DNA of 64,000 bases, from NCBI GenBank assembly GCA_049840735.1, contig JASGJN010000022.1, forward strand, positions 576,001 through 640,000, read 5' to 3'. The position numbers were made by a program, and so were the translations under genes. Below the pieces are notes generated by a model that was not told the DNA's origin, did not search any database, and was given only the letters and a program-made list of their open reading frames with translations. Position 1 is the stretch's first letter. Every line of letters starts with the position of its first letter. The DNA is from Anaeromyxobacter sp. (GTDB lineage: Bacteria > Myxococcota > Myxococcia > Myxococcales > Anaeromyxobacteraceae). Positions 17,246 to 26,451 of this stretch are shown piece after piece.

Positions 17246-18717
17246 GGCCGCCCCGTGGTCCGCTTCTTCCCTGCCGGCGGCCCCGCCGCCGCGCGCTGCG
17301 GGCCCGGGACGGCGGCCGCCGCCTTGGCCGCGGCGAAGGTCAGGACCTCCCCCTGCTGCGCGGCCGCGTGCGCCTCCGCGTCCGCCTTCAGGAGGAACGC
17401 GGCCAGCCCGCCCTTCCCGTCGCGGGCGTACCAGGCCTGGTCGGCGAACAGCTTCAGCCCGCTGTCCCGGTCGTGCACGTAGGCCACCCGGGCCCGCTTC
17501 CCTTGCGCCTCGGCCTGCTTCAAGGCGGCGAAGGCCACGGCCGGCGAGGCGTAGTGGCGGACCCGGGGTTCACCCTGGAGCCACACCGAGGCGGCCAGCC
17601 TGGGGTCGGCGATGGAGGCGCCGGTGAGCGCGTCCTTCGCGACCAGGGGCGCCCGGCCGTAGTCCCGGAGCCGCGCGTCGTAGTCGAGCCCGGCGTTCCC
17701 GTAGGCCTGGCGGATGTAGCGATCGTCGATGAAGGCGCTGACGTCGGCGTCCACGTCCGTCTTCTTGAGGAGCTTCAGGGTCTCCGCCGCCGTCCGGACG
17801 GCGGCGCGGTACTCGGGCTTCCAGGTCTCGTCGCGCGTCTGCAGGCCGAGCGGGCCGTGGAAGAGGTAGCTCACCTCCGCCTCGATGCCCGTCACCTGCT
17901 GGATGAGCTCGGCGTACTTCTCGGGCTCGGCGGCCACCAGCCGATCGGCCTCGATCACCGCCTCCAGGAAGGCGACGACCACCTCGGGGTGCTTCTCGGC
18001 GAACGCCGCGTCGGCCAGGGTGCCGTGGAAGGTCGGGCTGCCGGCCTGGGCGCCGTCGAAGATCTTCCGGGCGAAGCCGCGGAACGGGAACAGCTCGGCG
18101 AAGGGCACGAAGTCGGCGTGGGCGTCGATCTTGTGGGACTGGAGCGCCGTGCCGCCGATCTCCGGCGCCTGCGAGACCAGCTGGACGTCCTTCTCGGGGT
18201 CCCAGCCCTGCGCGGCGATCGCGCGGAGCAGCATGTTGTGGGCCGTGGAGCCGAACGGGACGGAGATCTGCTTGCCCTTGAGGTCGGCCAGGCCCTGCAC
18301 CGGGGAGTCGGCCGGGACCACGATGCCGTTCCCGCTGCCGATGGTGCTGCCGGAGAGCACGGTGAGGAAGACGCTGCGGCGGCCCGCCTTCTGGAAGGCC
18401 ACGGAGTTCAGGACCGCCGGGAAGTCGGCCATGGAGCCGATGTCGAGCTTGCCGGCCACCATCTCGTTCGTGAGCGGGGGGCCGGAGGTGAAGCTCTTCC
18501 ACTGGATGTCCCAGGCGACGTCCTTGTAGCGGCCGGTGCGCGGCAGGTGCTTCTCCAGGAGCTTCAGCTCCCGGACGATGAGGCCGCCGGTGGCGGTGTT
18601 GATGGTCGGGTCCTGCGTGCCGATGGCCACGCGGATGGTCTCTGCGGCGCGGGCGGGGCCGGCCGAAGCGAGCAGCGCGGCCAGCAGCGGGGCGATGGTG
18701 CGGGGGCGAAGGTTCAC
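17242..18717 (-). CDS. ABC substrate-binding protein (SsuA/TauA-like) with an extra C-terminal NosL-like domain
   Basis: Signal peptide; FTSGPPLTNEMVAGKLDIG and LADLKGKQISVPFGSTAH; C-terminal extension AYVHDRDSG...AAFLLKADAEAHAAAQQGEVLTF. Confidence 0.9.
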   Translation of the reverse strand: MNLRPRTIAPLLAALLASAGPARAAETIRVAIGTQDPTINTATGGLIVRELKLLEKHLPRTGRYKDVAWDIQWKSFTSGPPLTNEMVAGKLDIGSMADFPAVLNSVAFQKAGRRSVFLTVLSGSTIGSGNGIVVPADSPVQGLADLKGKQISVPFGSTAHNMLLRAIAAQGWDPEKDVQLVSQAPEIGGTALQSHKIDAHADFVPFAELFPFRGFARKIFDGAQAGSPTFHGTLADAAFAEKHPEVVVAFLEAVIEADRLVAAEPEKYAELIQQVTGIEAEVSYLFHGPLGLQTRDETWKPEYRAAVRTAAETLKLLKKTDVDADVSAFIDDRYIRQAYGNAGLDYDARLRDYGRAPLVAKDALTGASIADPRLAASVWLQGEPRVRHYASPAVAFAALKQAEAQGKRARVAYVHDRDSGLKLFADQAWYARDGKGGLAAFLLKADAEAHAAAQQGEVLTFAAAKAAAAVPGPQRAAAGPPAGKKRTTGRP

Positions 18718-18739
18718 GGGATCTCCAGGGAGCGAGGAG

Positions 18740-18757
18740 CATCCGTTTTAACGGATG
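18740..18757. promoter_or_regulatory. Palindromic operator-like site CATCCGTT-TT-AACGGATG
   Basis: Perfect 8-bp arms about 20 bp upstream of the binding-protein start. A near-identical copy lies at 24280-24297 and a degenerate one at 18907-18924. Confidence 0.7.
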
Positions 18758-18906
18758 ATCGGCTGCCGTTACAAGCCGGGACCGATCGCGCCGCGGCGGG
18801 GAAGGGTCGCGCGCCGTGCCGCGCATGACGCGGAAAGCCCAGTGGCCCAGTGTGCAGGAGGGCATGGGCGCGCGGCGGACGGCGCCGGGCCAGGTCAGGG
18901 CCGCGC

Positions 18907-18924
18907 CATCCGCTTTGACGGAAA
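18907..18924. promoter_or_regulatory. Degenerate copy of the same palindrome (CATCCGCTTTGACGGAAA)
   Basis: Matches 14/18 positions of the 18740 site and lies in the same intergenic region. Confidence 0.5.
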
Positions 18925-18941
18925 TCACGCCGCTCAGCCGC

Positions 18942-19193
18942 TCAGCTGGCGAGGCGGAGCGCGTCGCACTTCCCCTGGAGCGCGTCGCGGGACTCGCGCC
19001 AGTCGGGGTGCGGGACGATGCAGATCACCGGGCAGACCTTGACGCACTGGGGCCGGTCGTAGTGGCCGACGCACTCGGTGCAGCGCGAGGGATCGATCTG
19101 GCAGTGGTCCGGCGCCAGGTAGATGGCGTCGTTGGGGCACTCGTACTCGCAGGCGTCGCAGTTGATGCAGCGGTCATCGACGTGGAGGGCCAT
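18942..19193 (-). CDS. YfhL-like 2x[4Fe-4S] ferredoxin
   Basis: MALHVDDRCINCDACEYECPN...CTECVGHYDRPQCVKVCPV. Confidence 0.92.
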   Translation of the reverse strand: MALHVDDRCINCDACEYECPNDAIYLAPDHCQIDPSRCTECVGHYDRPQCVKVCPVICIVPHPDWRESRDALQGKCDALRLAS

Positions 19194-19200
19194 GTGAGCC

Positions 19201-20571
19201 TCAGCGCGGGAGGGGGGCGGCGGCGGCGGCGAACGTGACGAGGCCCACCGCGATGGCCAGGCCGGCGCGCAGCAGCCAGCGGCGGCGCGGGTCCTGCTCC
19301 GGGCTGGAGAGGTGGAGGCCGGCGCGGAGGCTCCGCAGCGCCCCGGTCGCGAGGAGCACGGCCCGGAGCGCAGGGGCCACCTGGGGCACGTCGAAGAGCG
19401 CCGCCGCATGCTCGAGGGCGCCCACCAGGACGGCGGTCCCGCCCAGGGGGATGAGCGCGTAGGCGAGGCGGCTGGCGCGCCGGACGTGGCCGAGGGCGGC
19501 CCCCCACAGCGCGAGCCAGGTCGCGCCCCCGAGGGCGAGCGTGCCAGCGGCGACGGCGGCCAGCGCGGTCAGCCCGTGGGCCCAGGTCGCGGCGCCGGCG
19601 GCGGTGCCCGCCACCCACCAGGGCGCCGCCTGGTCGAGCGGGCCGCCCCGGATCGCGGCGCCCATCGCCAGGCTAAAGCCGGCCGATCGCCAGTGCGCCA
19701 CCGACCAGAGCAGGCCGATCAGCACGAAGACGATGCCGAGCGCCTCCCAGGTGCGGACCTCGGAGTCCTCGAGGGCGAGGAGCTCGGAATCCAGGGGGCG
19801 CGCCGCCAGGACGACCGCGTTGCGGTGCCCGCTGCAGCGTCCGCACATGTTGCACTTCTCGTTGCTCGCCAGCCGGCGCACGTCGAGCATGGGCGGACAG
19901 TCCACCGGCCCGGAGCCGCGTCGCGGCGCGGCGTCCCAGGCGGCACGGTCGACCCGGAAGTGCAGGATCGCGCAGCGCGCCAGCAGGGAGAACAGGCTGC
20001 CGGTCGGGCAGAGGAAGCGGCACCAGGCCCGCCGCCCGCGCGCATACACCGCGCCCACGGCGACCGCGGCCACCGTCGAGAGCCCCAGGATCAGCAGGGC
20101 CGGGCGCGGCGCCTGGTGGCCGCCGATCAGGTGGTCGTAGACCGTGATCACGAGGAACAGCGCCAGCGGCCAGGCCGGCCAGGCGAGCCGATCGCCGATC
20201 TTCCAGTCCAGGCCGCGGCGGCTGGCGGCCTCGGTGAGCACGCCGTCCGGGCAGAGGAGCCCGCACCAGAGCTGGCCCAGCAGCATGGTCGTGAGGACCA
20301 CCCCGGGCCACCACAGCCCCCGAATCAGCTGCTCCGCCAGGTGCGCCAGCCGCGCGGCCGCCGCCGACGCGGGGAGGAGCGCCGGGAGCACCACCAGGAC
20401 CACGTAGGCGCCGACCATGGCCCACTGGGCCGCCACGACGAGCCGCTGGTGGCGGCGCAGGAGCTCCCCCGCCTCCCGGAGCGCCCGGGCGGAGCGGGCC
20501 TCCGGCGCGGCCGGCGGGGGCGGTGGGACGGCCGGGAGCGCGCGCTCCCTCCGCTGCGGGATCGCGGTCAC
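19201..20571 (-). CDS. Membrane polyferredoxin (NapH/FtrD-like 4Fe-4S binding protein)
   Basis: GTG start overlapping the HEAT gene stop; many TM segments; WCGLLCP, WCRFLCP and DCPP...CNMCGRC. Confidence 0.88.
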   Translation of the reverse strand: MTAIPQRRERALPAVPPPPPAAPEARSARALREAGELLRRHQRLVVAAQWAMVGAYVVLVVLPALLPASAAAARLAHLAEQLIRGLWWPGVVLTTMLLGQLWCGLLCPDGVLTEAASRRGLDWKIGDRLAWPAWPLALFLVITVYDHLIGGHQAPRPALLILGLSTVAAVAVGAVYARGRRAWCRFLCPTGSLFSLLARCAILHFRVDRAAWDAAPRRGSGPVDCPPMLDVRRLASNEKCNMCGRCSGHRNAVVLAARPLDSELLALEDSEVRTWEALGIVFVLIGLLWSVAHWRSAGFSLAMGAAIRGGPLDQAAPWWVAGTAAGAATWAHGLTALAAVAAGTLALGGATWLALWGAALGHVRRASRLAYALIPLGGTAVLVGALEHAAALFDVPQVAPALRAVLLATGALRSLRAGLHLSSPEQDPRRRWLLRAGLAIAVGLVTFAAAAAPLPR

Positions 20572-21521
20572 GGCAGCCTCCCGAGCTTCTCCAGGGCGCG
20601 CCCCGCGAGCTTCCGGACCTCGATGTCGGGATCCTCGCACGCGGCGAGCAGGGCCGGCGCCGACGCGGGCGAGGCCAGGACGCCGAGGGCGGAGGCCGCC
20701 TCCTTGCGGAGGTTCGAGACGGGGTGCCGGAGCGCCTCGCACAGCGCGCCGACCGCGCCCTGGTGGACCAGCCGCGCGAGCCCGCTGGCCGCCTTCACCC
20801 GCACCTCCCATGACGCGTCGGTGCGGAGCGCCTCCACCAGCCGGGGCGCGGCGGCCTCGAGGCCGACCTTGGCCAGCGTGACCGCGGCCTCCTCACGCAC
20901 CTCCCACGCGGCGTCGTCGAGCGCCTGGAGGAGCGCGGCCAGCGCGTCGGGGCCCGCGGAGAACCCGATCGCGCCGACCGCCGTCCGGCGGACGCCGGGG
21001 TCGGGGTCCCGGGTGAGCGCCGCCATGGCCGGCACGGCGCCCGGCGGGCGGAGGTAGGCGAGGACGCCCAGGGCGGCGCGCCGGACCGCGGGCGCGGGAT
21101 CGCCGAGGGCGTCCACGGCCGGGCCGCCGGCCGCCGGGAGGCGGAGGTTGCGCAGGCCTTCGAGGATGGCGGCCCGGGGCGCGCCGCGGGCACCGGCGAG
21201 GTGCGCGAGCAGGTGGGGGCCGGCGGCGGGGTCGCGCAGCTCGGCCAGGGAGGCGGCCGCGGCCGCAGCGACCTCCGCGTCGGCGTCGCCGAGCCGCTCG
21301 ACCAGCGCGTCCACGGCCCTCGCGTCCGCCACGCCCTCGAGCGCGCGCACGGCCTCGAGCCTGACACCCGGGTCGGGATCGCCGGCGGCGGCCAGGAACG
21401 GGCCGGCGTCGGTGCCGTCGAGGAGATCCGCGGCCTGCAGGATCCCGACGCGGCGGACCTCCGGATCCGGGTCGGCGAGGAGCGGGTCGAAGGCGGAGAC
21501 GTTCGGGACCATCGCGCTCAC
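20568..21521 (-). CDS. HEAT/PBS-lyase repeat protein
   Basis: About 8 repeats of the type L.D.DP.VR..A..AL. Confidence 0.9.
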   Translation of the reverse strand: MSAMVPNVSAFDPLLADPDPEVRRVGILQAADLLDGTDAGPFLAAAGDPDPGVRLEAVRALEGVADARAVDALVERLGDADAEVAAAAAASLAELRDPAAGPHLLAHLAGARGAPRAAILEGLRNLRLPAAGGPAVDALGDPAPAVRRAALGVLAYLRPPGAVPAMAALTRDPDPGVRRTAVGAIGFSAGPDALAALLQALDDAAWEVREEAAVTLAKVGLEAAAPRLVEALRTDASWEVRVKAASGLARLVHQGAVGALCEALRHPVSNLRKEAASALGVLASPASAPALLAACEDPDIEVRKLAGRALEKLGRLP

Positions 21522-21751
21522 CGGACCAGGTACGGGAGCTCGACCCGGATCGCCTTGGTCGGGCAGTCCGACTGGCAGGGCAGGCAGTACCAGCACTCGT
21601 CATAGGCCATGACGATGCGGCCGGTGCCCTCGTCGAAGGCGAGGATGTCGGTGGGGCAGGCGTCGACGCAGGTGCGGCACCCCTTGCCGGCGATGCACTT
21701 CTGGTGGTCGACGACGATGGAGACGGCGGCGTGGGGGGCGATGCGGGTCAT
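21518..21751 (-). CDS. 4Fe-4S ferredoxin (AprB-like partner of the flavoprotein)
   Basis: KCIAGKGCRTCVDACP...ECWYCLPCQSDCP. Confidence 0.9.
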   Translation of the reverse strand: MTRIAPHAAVSIVVDHQKCIAGKGCRTCVDACPTDILAFDEGTGRIVMAYDECWYCLPCQSDCPTKAIRVELPYLVR

Positions 21752-21768
21752 GGGGCTGGGCTCGTGGG

Positions 21769-23487
21769 TCAGGCGGCGGAGTCGATGCGGAGCCGGTCGT
21801 AGGCGTCCTTCTCGTCGTCGGCGATGGGGACCAGGTACTCGGGGACGGGGCGCTTGAAGAGCTCCGGCCGGCCGTCGGCCCCCTTGCGCACCTCGACGAA
21901 GGCGAACCAGCGGCCGTCGTCGCGCTCGGGGAAGTCGGTGCGGTGGTGGTACAGGCCCCAGCGGCTCTCGGTGCGGAAGAGGGAGGCGTGGGCCGCCAGC
22001 TCGGCGCAGTCGAGGATGGCGTGGACCTCCATGGTCCGCATCAGCTCGTGGGGGTTGGCGGCGCGGACCTCCTCGAGGTCCTCGCGGAGCTCGGCGAAGC
22101 GCTGCAGCCCCAGCTCCATCTTGCGCGTGACCTTGGGCGGCTGCAGGTGGTCGTTCACCATCCGGCGCAGCTTGTACTCGACGGCCGAGGGCGAGAGCCC
22201 CGTGTCGCGACCGAGCGGGGCCGAGAGGCGCTGCCGTTCGCGCTCGACCTGATCGCCGTCCACCGGCAGGTGCTCCTGTCCGCCGAAGCGCTCGGCCCCG
22301 TCCTCCCCGGCCAGCCGCCCGAAGACCATCGCGCCCAGCATGTAGTTGTGGGCCACGTTGCAGAGATCGCCGGCGGCGTAGAGGCCGGGCACGGTGGTGC
22401 GGGCGTGCTCGTCCACCCACACGCCCGACGCGCTGTGCCCACCGCACAGGCCGATCTCGGAGATGTGCATCTCGACCAGGTCGCGCCGGTAGTCGGTGCC
22501 GCGTCCGGCGTGGAACTGGCCGCGGCTCGGGCGCTCGGTGACGTGGAGCACGTTCTCGATGCGCCGGACGGTCTCCTCGGCCAGGTGGTCCAGCTTCAGG
22601 AACACCGGCCCGTTCCCGCTCTCGAGCTCGCGCCAGAACTCGAGCATCATCTGGCCGGACCAGTAGTCGCTCTTGATGAAGCGCTCGCCCTTGGCGTTCA
22701 CGGTGTAGCCGCCGAACGGGCCGGTGACGTAGGCGCAGGCCGGGCCGTTGTAGTCCTTGATGAGCGGGTTGATCTGGAAGCACTCGAGGCCGGACAGCTC
22801 GGCGCCGGCGTGGTACGCCATGGCGTAGCCGTCGCCCGCGTTGGTCGGGCACTCGTAGGTGCCGAACAGGTACCCGGAGGCCGGCAGGCCCAGCCGGCCC
22901 GCCGCGCCGGTGCACAGCACCACCGCCTTGGCGCGCACCACCACGAGCTCTCCCGCGCGCGAGTCGAGGGCGATCACCCCCGCGGCGCGGCCGTCGTGGA
23001 GCAGCACGCGGGTGGCGGTGAGCCGGTTGGTGGTCTCGACGCCGACCTTGCGCAGCTGCCGGAAGAGCACCTTCTTGATCGCGTGCCCCTCCGGCATGGG
23101 CAGGACGTACGAGCCCATGTGGTGGACCTTCTTCACGGCGTAGTCCCCGGTCGCGTCCTTCTCGAACTTGACCCCCCAGCCGTCGAGCTCACGCAGCATC
23201 TCGTGGCTGCGCGTCGCGTAGGCCAGCAGCGTGTGCTGGTTCACGATGCCGTCGTTCGCGATGGTGATCTCCCGCACGTACTGCTCCGGGGTGGCGTAGC
23301 CGGGGACGATGGCGTTGTTGACGCTGTCCATCCCCTCGGCGATGGCGCCGCTCCGCTTGACGTTGGCCTTCTCCAGGAGCAGCACGCGCAGGTGCGGCGC
23401 CTTCTCCTTGGCCTTGATGGCCGAGACCGTGCCGGCTGTGCCACCGCCGACGACGAGGATGTCGGTTTCCAGGGTGCGGGTCTCCAT
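21769..23487 (-). CDS. FAD oxidoreductase of the fumarate reductase/SDH/AprA flavoprotein family
   Basis: DILVVGGGTAG, KRSGA, VLCTGAAGRL, NAGDGYAMAYHAGAEL, GLYAAGD and RTESRWG..H.R.DFP. Confidence 0.92.
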   Translation of the reverse strand: METRTLETDILVVGGGTAGTVSAIKAKEKAPHLRVLLLEKANVKRSGAIAEGMDSVNNAIVPGYATPEQYVREITIANDGIVNQHTLLAYATRSHEMLRELDGWGVKFEKDATGDYAVKKVHHMGSYVLPMPEGHAIKKVLFRQLRKVGVETTNRLTATRVLLHDGRAAGVIALDSRAGELVVVRAKAVVLCTGAAGRLGLPASGYLFGTYECPTNAGDGYAMAYHAGAELSGLECFQINPLIKDYNGPACAYVTGPFGGYTVNAKGERFIKSDYWSGQMMLEFWRELESGNGPVFLKLDHLAEETVRRIENVLHVTERPSRGQFHAGRGTDYRRDLVEMHISEIGLCGGHSASGVWVDEHARTTVPGLYAAGDLCNVAHNYMLGAMVFGRLAGEDGAERFGGQEHLPVDGDQVERERQRLSAPLGRDTGLSPSAVEYKLRRMVNDHLQPPKVTRKMELGLQRFAELREDLEEVRAANPHELMRTMEVHAILDCAELAAHASLFRTESRWGLYHHRTDFPERDDGRWFAFVEVRKGADGRPELFKRPVPEYLVPIADDEKDAYDRLRIDSAA

Positions 23488-23499
23488 CGCGTCTCCGAT

Positions 23500-24238
23500 T
23501 CAGGTGCTGCGGTCGATGCGGAGGCGGTGCTTGAAGCCGTCTCCGCGGTAGTAGAGGTGCTCGAAGTCGAGGGGGCGGCCGTCGGCGCCGTGCGTGAGCC
23601 GCTCGACGTGGAGGACGGGCGCGCCGCGGGGGATGCGCAGGTGGCGCGCGAGCGCCGCGTCGGCGGCCGTGGCGTCCAGCTGCAGGTCGGCGTGGCCGAG
23701 GGGCAGGCCGTAGTCGTTCTCCAGGATCAGGAAGATGTCGCGGCTGGCGAGATCCTCCCGGGCGAGGCGCTCGCCGATGGAGGCCGCGACCCAGGTCACG
23801 TCCAGCGAGACCGGGGTCCGGTTCAGGTACCGGATCCGGCGCAGCTCGGTGACGGGCGCGCCCGGCGCGAGCGCGAGGCGGCTCGCGATCTCCTCCTCGG
23901 CCGGGGCCGTCTTCACCGAGAGCACGCGGTTGACGATTCTCGAAGCCCTGGGCGCCCATGGCCTCGGCGAACCCCTCCAGGCGCGCCAGGCTCTGCACCG
24001 GCGTGGGCTTCGAGACGAAGGCGCCCTTGCCGGCCACCCGGAAGATGACGCGCTCCCCCTCGAGGTCCCCGAGCGCCCGGCGGACGGTGATGCGGCTCAC
24101 GTCGAACTCGTCCATGAGCTCGCTCTCGGAGGGGAGGCGGTCGTGGGAGGCGAGGGCGCCGTCGAGGATGCGGGCGCGGAGCGCCTCGCGGATCTGGGCG
24201 TGCAGCGGCAGCGGGCTGGGTGGGCGTCGGGTGGGCAT
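23500..24238 (-). CDS. GntR/HutC-family regulator (wHTH + UTRA), frameshift near 23935
   Basis: The N-terminal RLPSESELMDEFDVSRITVRRAL and the C-terminal UTRA domain (LRRIRYLNRTPVSL...YYRGD) are in different frames. Confidence 0.88.
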
Positions 24239-24246
24239 GGTGCCCA

Positions 24247-24266
24247 GGTCATAACCTGTCATAACA
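24247..24266. promoter_or_regulatory. Tandem GTCATAAC (GTTATGAC) boxes, likely the GntR/HutC autoregulatory operator
   Basis: GGTCATAACCTGTCATAACA directly upstream of the gntR start; fits a HutC-type GT-N-TA-N-AC-like core. Confidence 0.55.
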
Positions 24267-24279
24267 AGTCGTGTCAGGT

Positions 24280-24297
24280 ATCCGTTAAAACGGATGC
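24280..24297. promoter_or_regulatory. Palindromic operator-like site ATCCGTTAAAACGGATGC
   Basis: Exact reverse complement of 18739-18756; upstream of the gntR operon. Confidence 0.7.
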
Positions 24298-24505
24298 GTC
24301 GTCAAGCGGGCCCGGCCTGCCGCGGCGCCGCACGCGGTCCGTTGCCACGCGCTCACCAGGCGCGAGGCCGCGCCGTGCGAGGTCAGCGCGCGGCGGAAGG
24401 GCTCGCCGCCACGGCCTGTTCGCGCTCAGCGCGAGCCAGCGAGGACCTCGTTCGGTCCCGCTCGGTCTTCGGGAGGCCCAGGGCGAGCGGTGCGCGCCGC
24501 GCAGC

Positions 24506-25842
24506 TCAGCTGCGCCGGCGCCGCCAGATCCCCATCCCCTCCGCCTCGCGGATCGAGCTCCTCGCGGAAGCGCGGGTCGGCCAGGCCGATCAGCGCCTCG
24601 GCCCGCTCCCAGGTGGACTTGCCCTTGAGGTTCACCACCCCGAACTCGGTCGCCACCTGCGAGACCACCGTGCGCGGCGTGGTGACCACGGTGGCCGGCG
24701 CCAGGCGCGGCACGATGCGGGAGCGGAGCGTGCCGCGGTCGTCGTGGGTGGCCGCGGTGCAGAGGAAGGCCTGGCCGCGCCGGGCGGCGTAGGCGCCCTC
24801 GGTGAAGTCCACCTGGCCGCCGGTGCCGCTGATCTCGGCGGCCGGCCGCCGACTCGGAGGAGACCTGGCCGTAGAGGTCGATCTCCAGGCAGGAGTTGAT
24901 GGCCACCATGTCGTCCAGCTGGCGGATTACGCAGGGGTCGTTGGTGTAGTCCACCGGGTAGGTGGCGCAGCCGGCGTTGCCGTCCAGCCAGCGGTACATG
25001 CGGTCGGTGCCGGCGGCGAAGGTGTAGACCACCTGGCCCCGGTCGATGGGCTTGCGCGCGCCGGTGACGTGCCCCGCCTCGATCACGTCGATGAACGCGT
25101 CGGTGAACATCTCGGTGTGGATGCCCAGGTCGCGCAGGCCGGAGCGGGCGATGAGCCGGCCGATGGCGGCCGGGAGCGCGCCGATGCCGAGCTGCAGGCA
25201 GCAGCCGTCGCGCAGCCGCTCCACGATCATCGCCGCCATGGCCTCGGGAACCGGGCTCGGCTCGGCCGCCGGCACCTGCGGCAGCGCCCACTCGGCCTCC
25301 ACCACCGCGTCCACCTCGGAGAGGTGGACGGTGGTCTCGCGCGGCCCCAGGCAGCGGGGGAGGCGCGGGTTCACCTCCAGCACGATCCGCCTGGCCCGGT
25401 CGCAGACGGCGCGGGCGTGCGAGCAGGAGACGGAGAAGTTGAAGTTGCCGTCCGCGTCCATGGGCGTGACCGGCACGAAGGCCACGTCCACCTCGAGGTG
25501 CTCGCGGTAGTAGCGCGGGACCTCGTGGTACAGGATGGGCACGAAGAAGCAGGCGCCCGCGTCGAAGGCGCGCCGGTCGATGCCGGAGAAGTGGAAGCTG
25601 TGCAGGGTGAAGTGCTCGCGCTTCGGATCCGCGCGCACCACCGCGGCGGGGCCGACGCAGCGCCCCATGCTGCGGATCTTCACGTCGGTGAGCTCGTCGC
25701 GCCGGCGGGCCAGCGCCTCGTCCAGCGCCACCGCCTGGCTAGCGAAGTGGCCGTAGTCGACCCAGTCCCCCGACTTCACCGCGCGGACCGCCTCGTCCGG
25801 CGTGGTGAGCTTCTTCCGGTACTCAGCGGCCAGGCTGCTCAT
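24506..25842 (-). CDS. Acetyl-CoA hydrolase / 4-hydroxybutyrate CoA-transferase family, frameshifts near 24845 and 24552
   Basis: CLQLGIGALP, DLGIHTEMF and AINSCLEIDLYGQVSSES, then EISGTGGQVDF...VATEFGVVNLKGK..WERAEALI.LA.P.FRE in a shifted frame. Confidence 0.9.
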
Positions 25843-25944
25843 CGAGGCCTCCCCTGCGCGAGTGCGCGGCAGGATGCCTCAGCGGCCGGGGAGGAGGCAA
25901 CGCGCACCGGCGCGACCTCGTCGCGGTAGGCGCGTAAGCGCCTG

Positions 25945-25981
25945 AAAAGCGAAAGGGCCCGGCCATCGCTGGCCGAGCCCT
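25945..25981 (-). terminator. Rho-independent terminator of the cold-shock gene
   Basis: Minus strand GGGCTCGGCCA-GCGA-TGGCCGGGCCC-TTTCGCTTTT. Confidence 0.8.
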
Positions 25982-26005
25982 GATTCGCGTGGAACGACGC
26001 GCGAG

Positions 26006-26209
26006 CTAGACCGGGCGGACGTTCGCCGCCTGGAGGCCCTTCGGACCCCGGACGACCTCGAACTCCACCTTCTGGCCCTCGGCCAGGGTGCGGAAGCCCT
26101 TCGCCTGGATGGCGGTGTGGTGGCAGAAGACATCCTCGCCGCCGCCGTCCTGCGTGATGAAGCCGAAGCCCTTCGCGTCGTTGAACCACTTCACGGAACC
26201 GGTCGCCAT
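26006..26209 (-). CDS. cspA: Cold-shock protein
   Basis: [34 protein letters not shown] (RNP1/RNP2), 67 aa. Confidence 0.96.
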   Translation of the reverse strand: MATGSVKWFNDAKGFGFITQDGGGEDVFCHHTAIQAKGFRTLAEGQKVEFEVVRGPKGLQAANVRPV

Positions 26210-26451
26210 ACTGTCTGCTCTTTTCTCTTCTGTTCGCGAGCGGCACGGTCTGACGCTCGGCCCCTTCCGACTGGAAGGGGAGCGCGCGGTATAGCCTTGA
26301 TGCGCCGACAAGTCCAGCGTTCACCGGGCGGATGCGGTAGAACGTCCGACATCGACCCCGGAGCGAGGGCCCGGCCATGGATCACCTCCACCCCCACGCA
26401 CGACGCGTGACGGCCGGCTCCCCGGCCCAACCCCAGGTCTGAGGAAACCCC

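Noticed and set aside
21769..23487. Flavoprotein as sdhA/frdA or aprA
   Set aside because: No SdhB or membrane anchor genes and no sulfate-reduction context; only the family-level call is supported.
18739..24297. 18-bp inverted pair read as the ends of a transposon or invertible segment
   Set aside because: The sites are themselves palindromic, sit at promoter positions, have a third degenerate copy, and no recombinase is nearby. An operator is the simpler explanation.
26288..26310. TGTCGG upstream of the cold-shock gene as another PafBC-type promoter
   Set aside because: The spacer is 11 nt and the hexamer TATACC lacks the final T.
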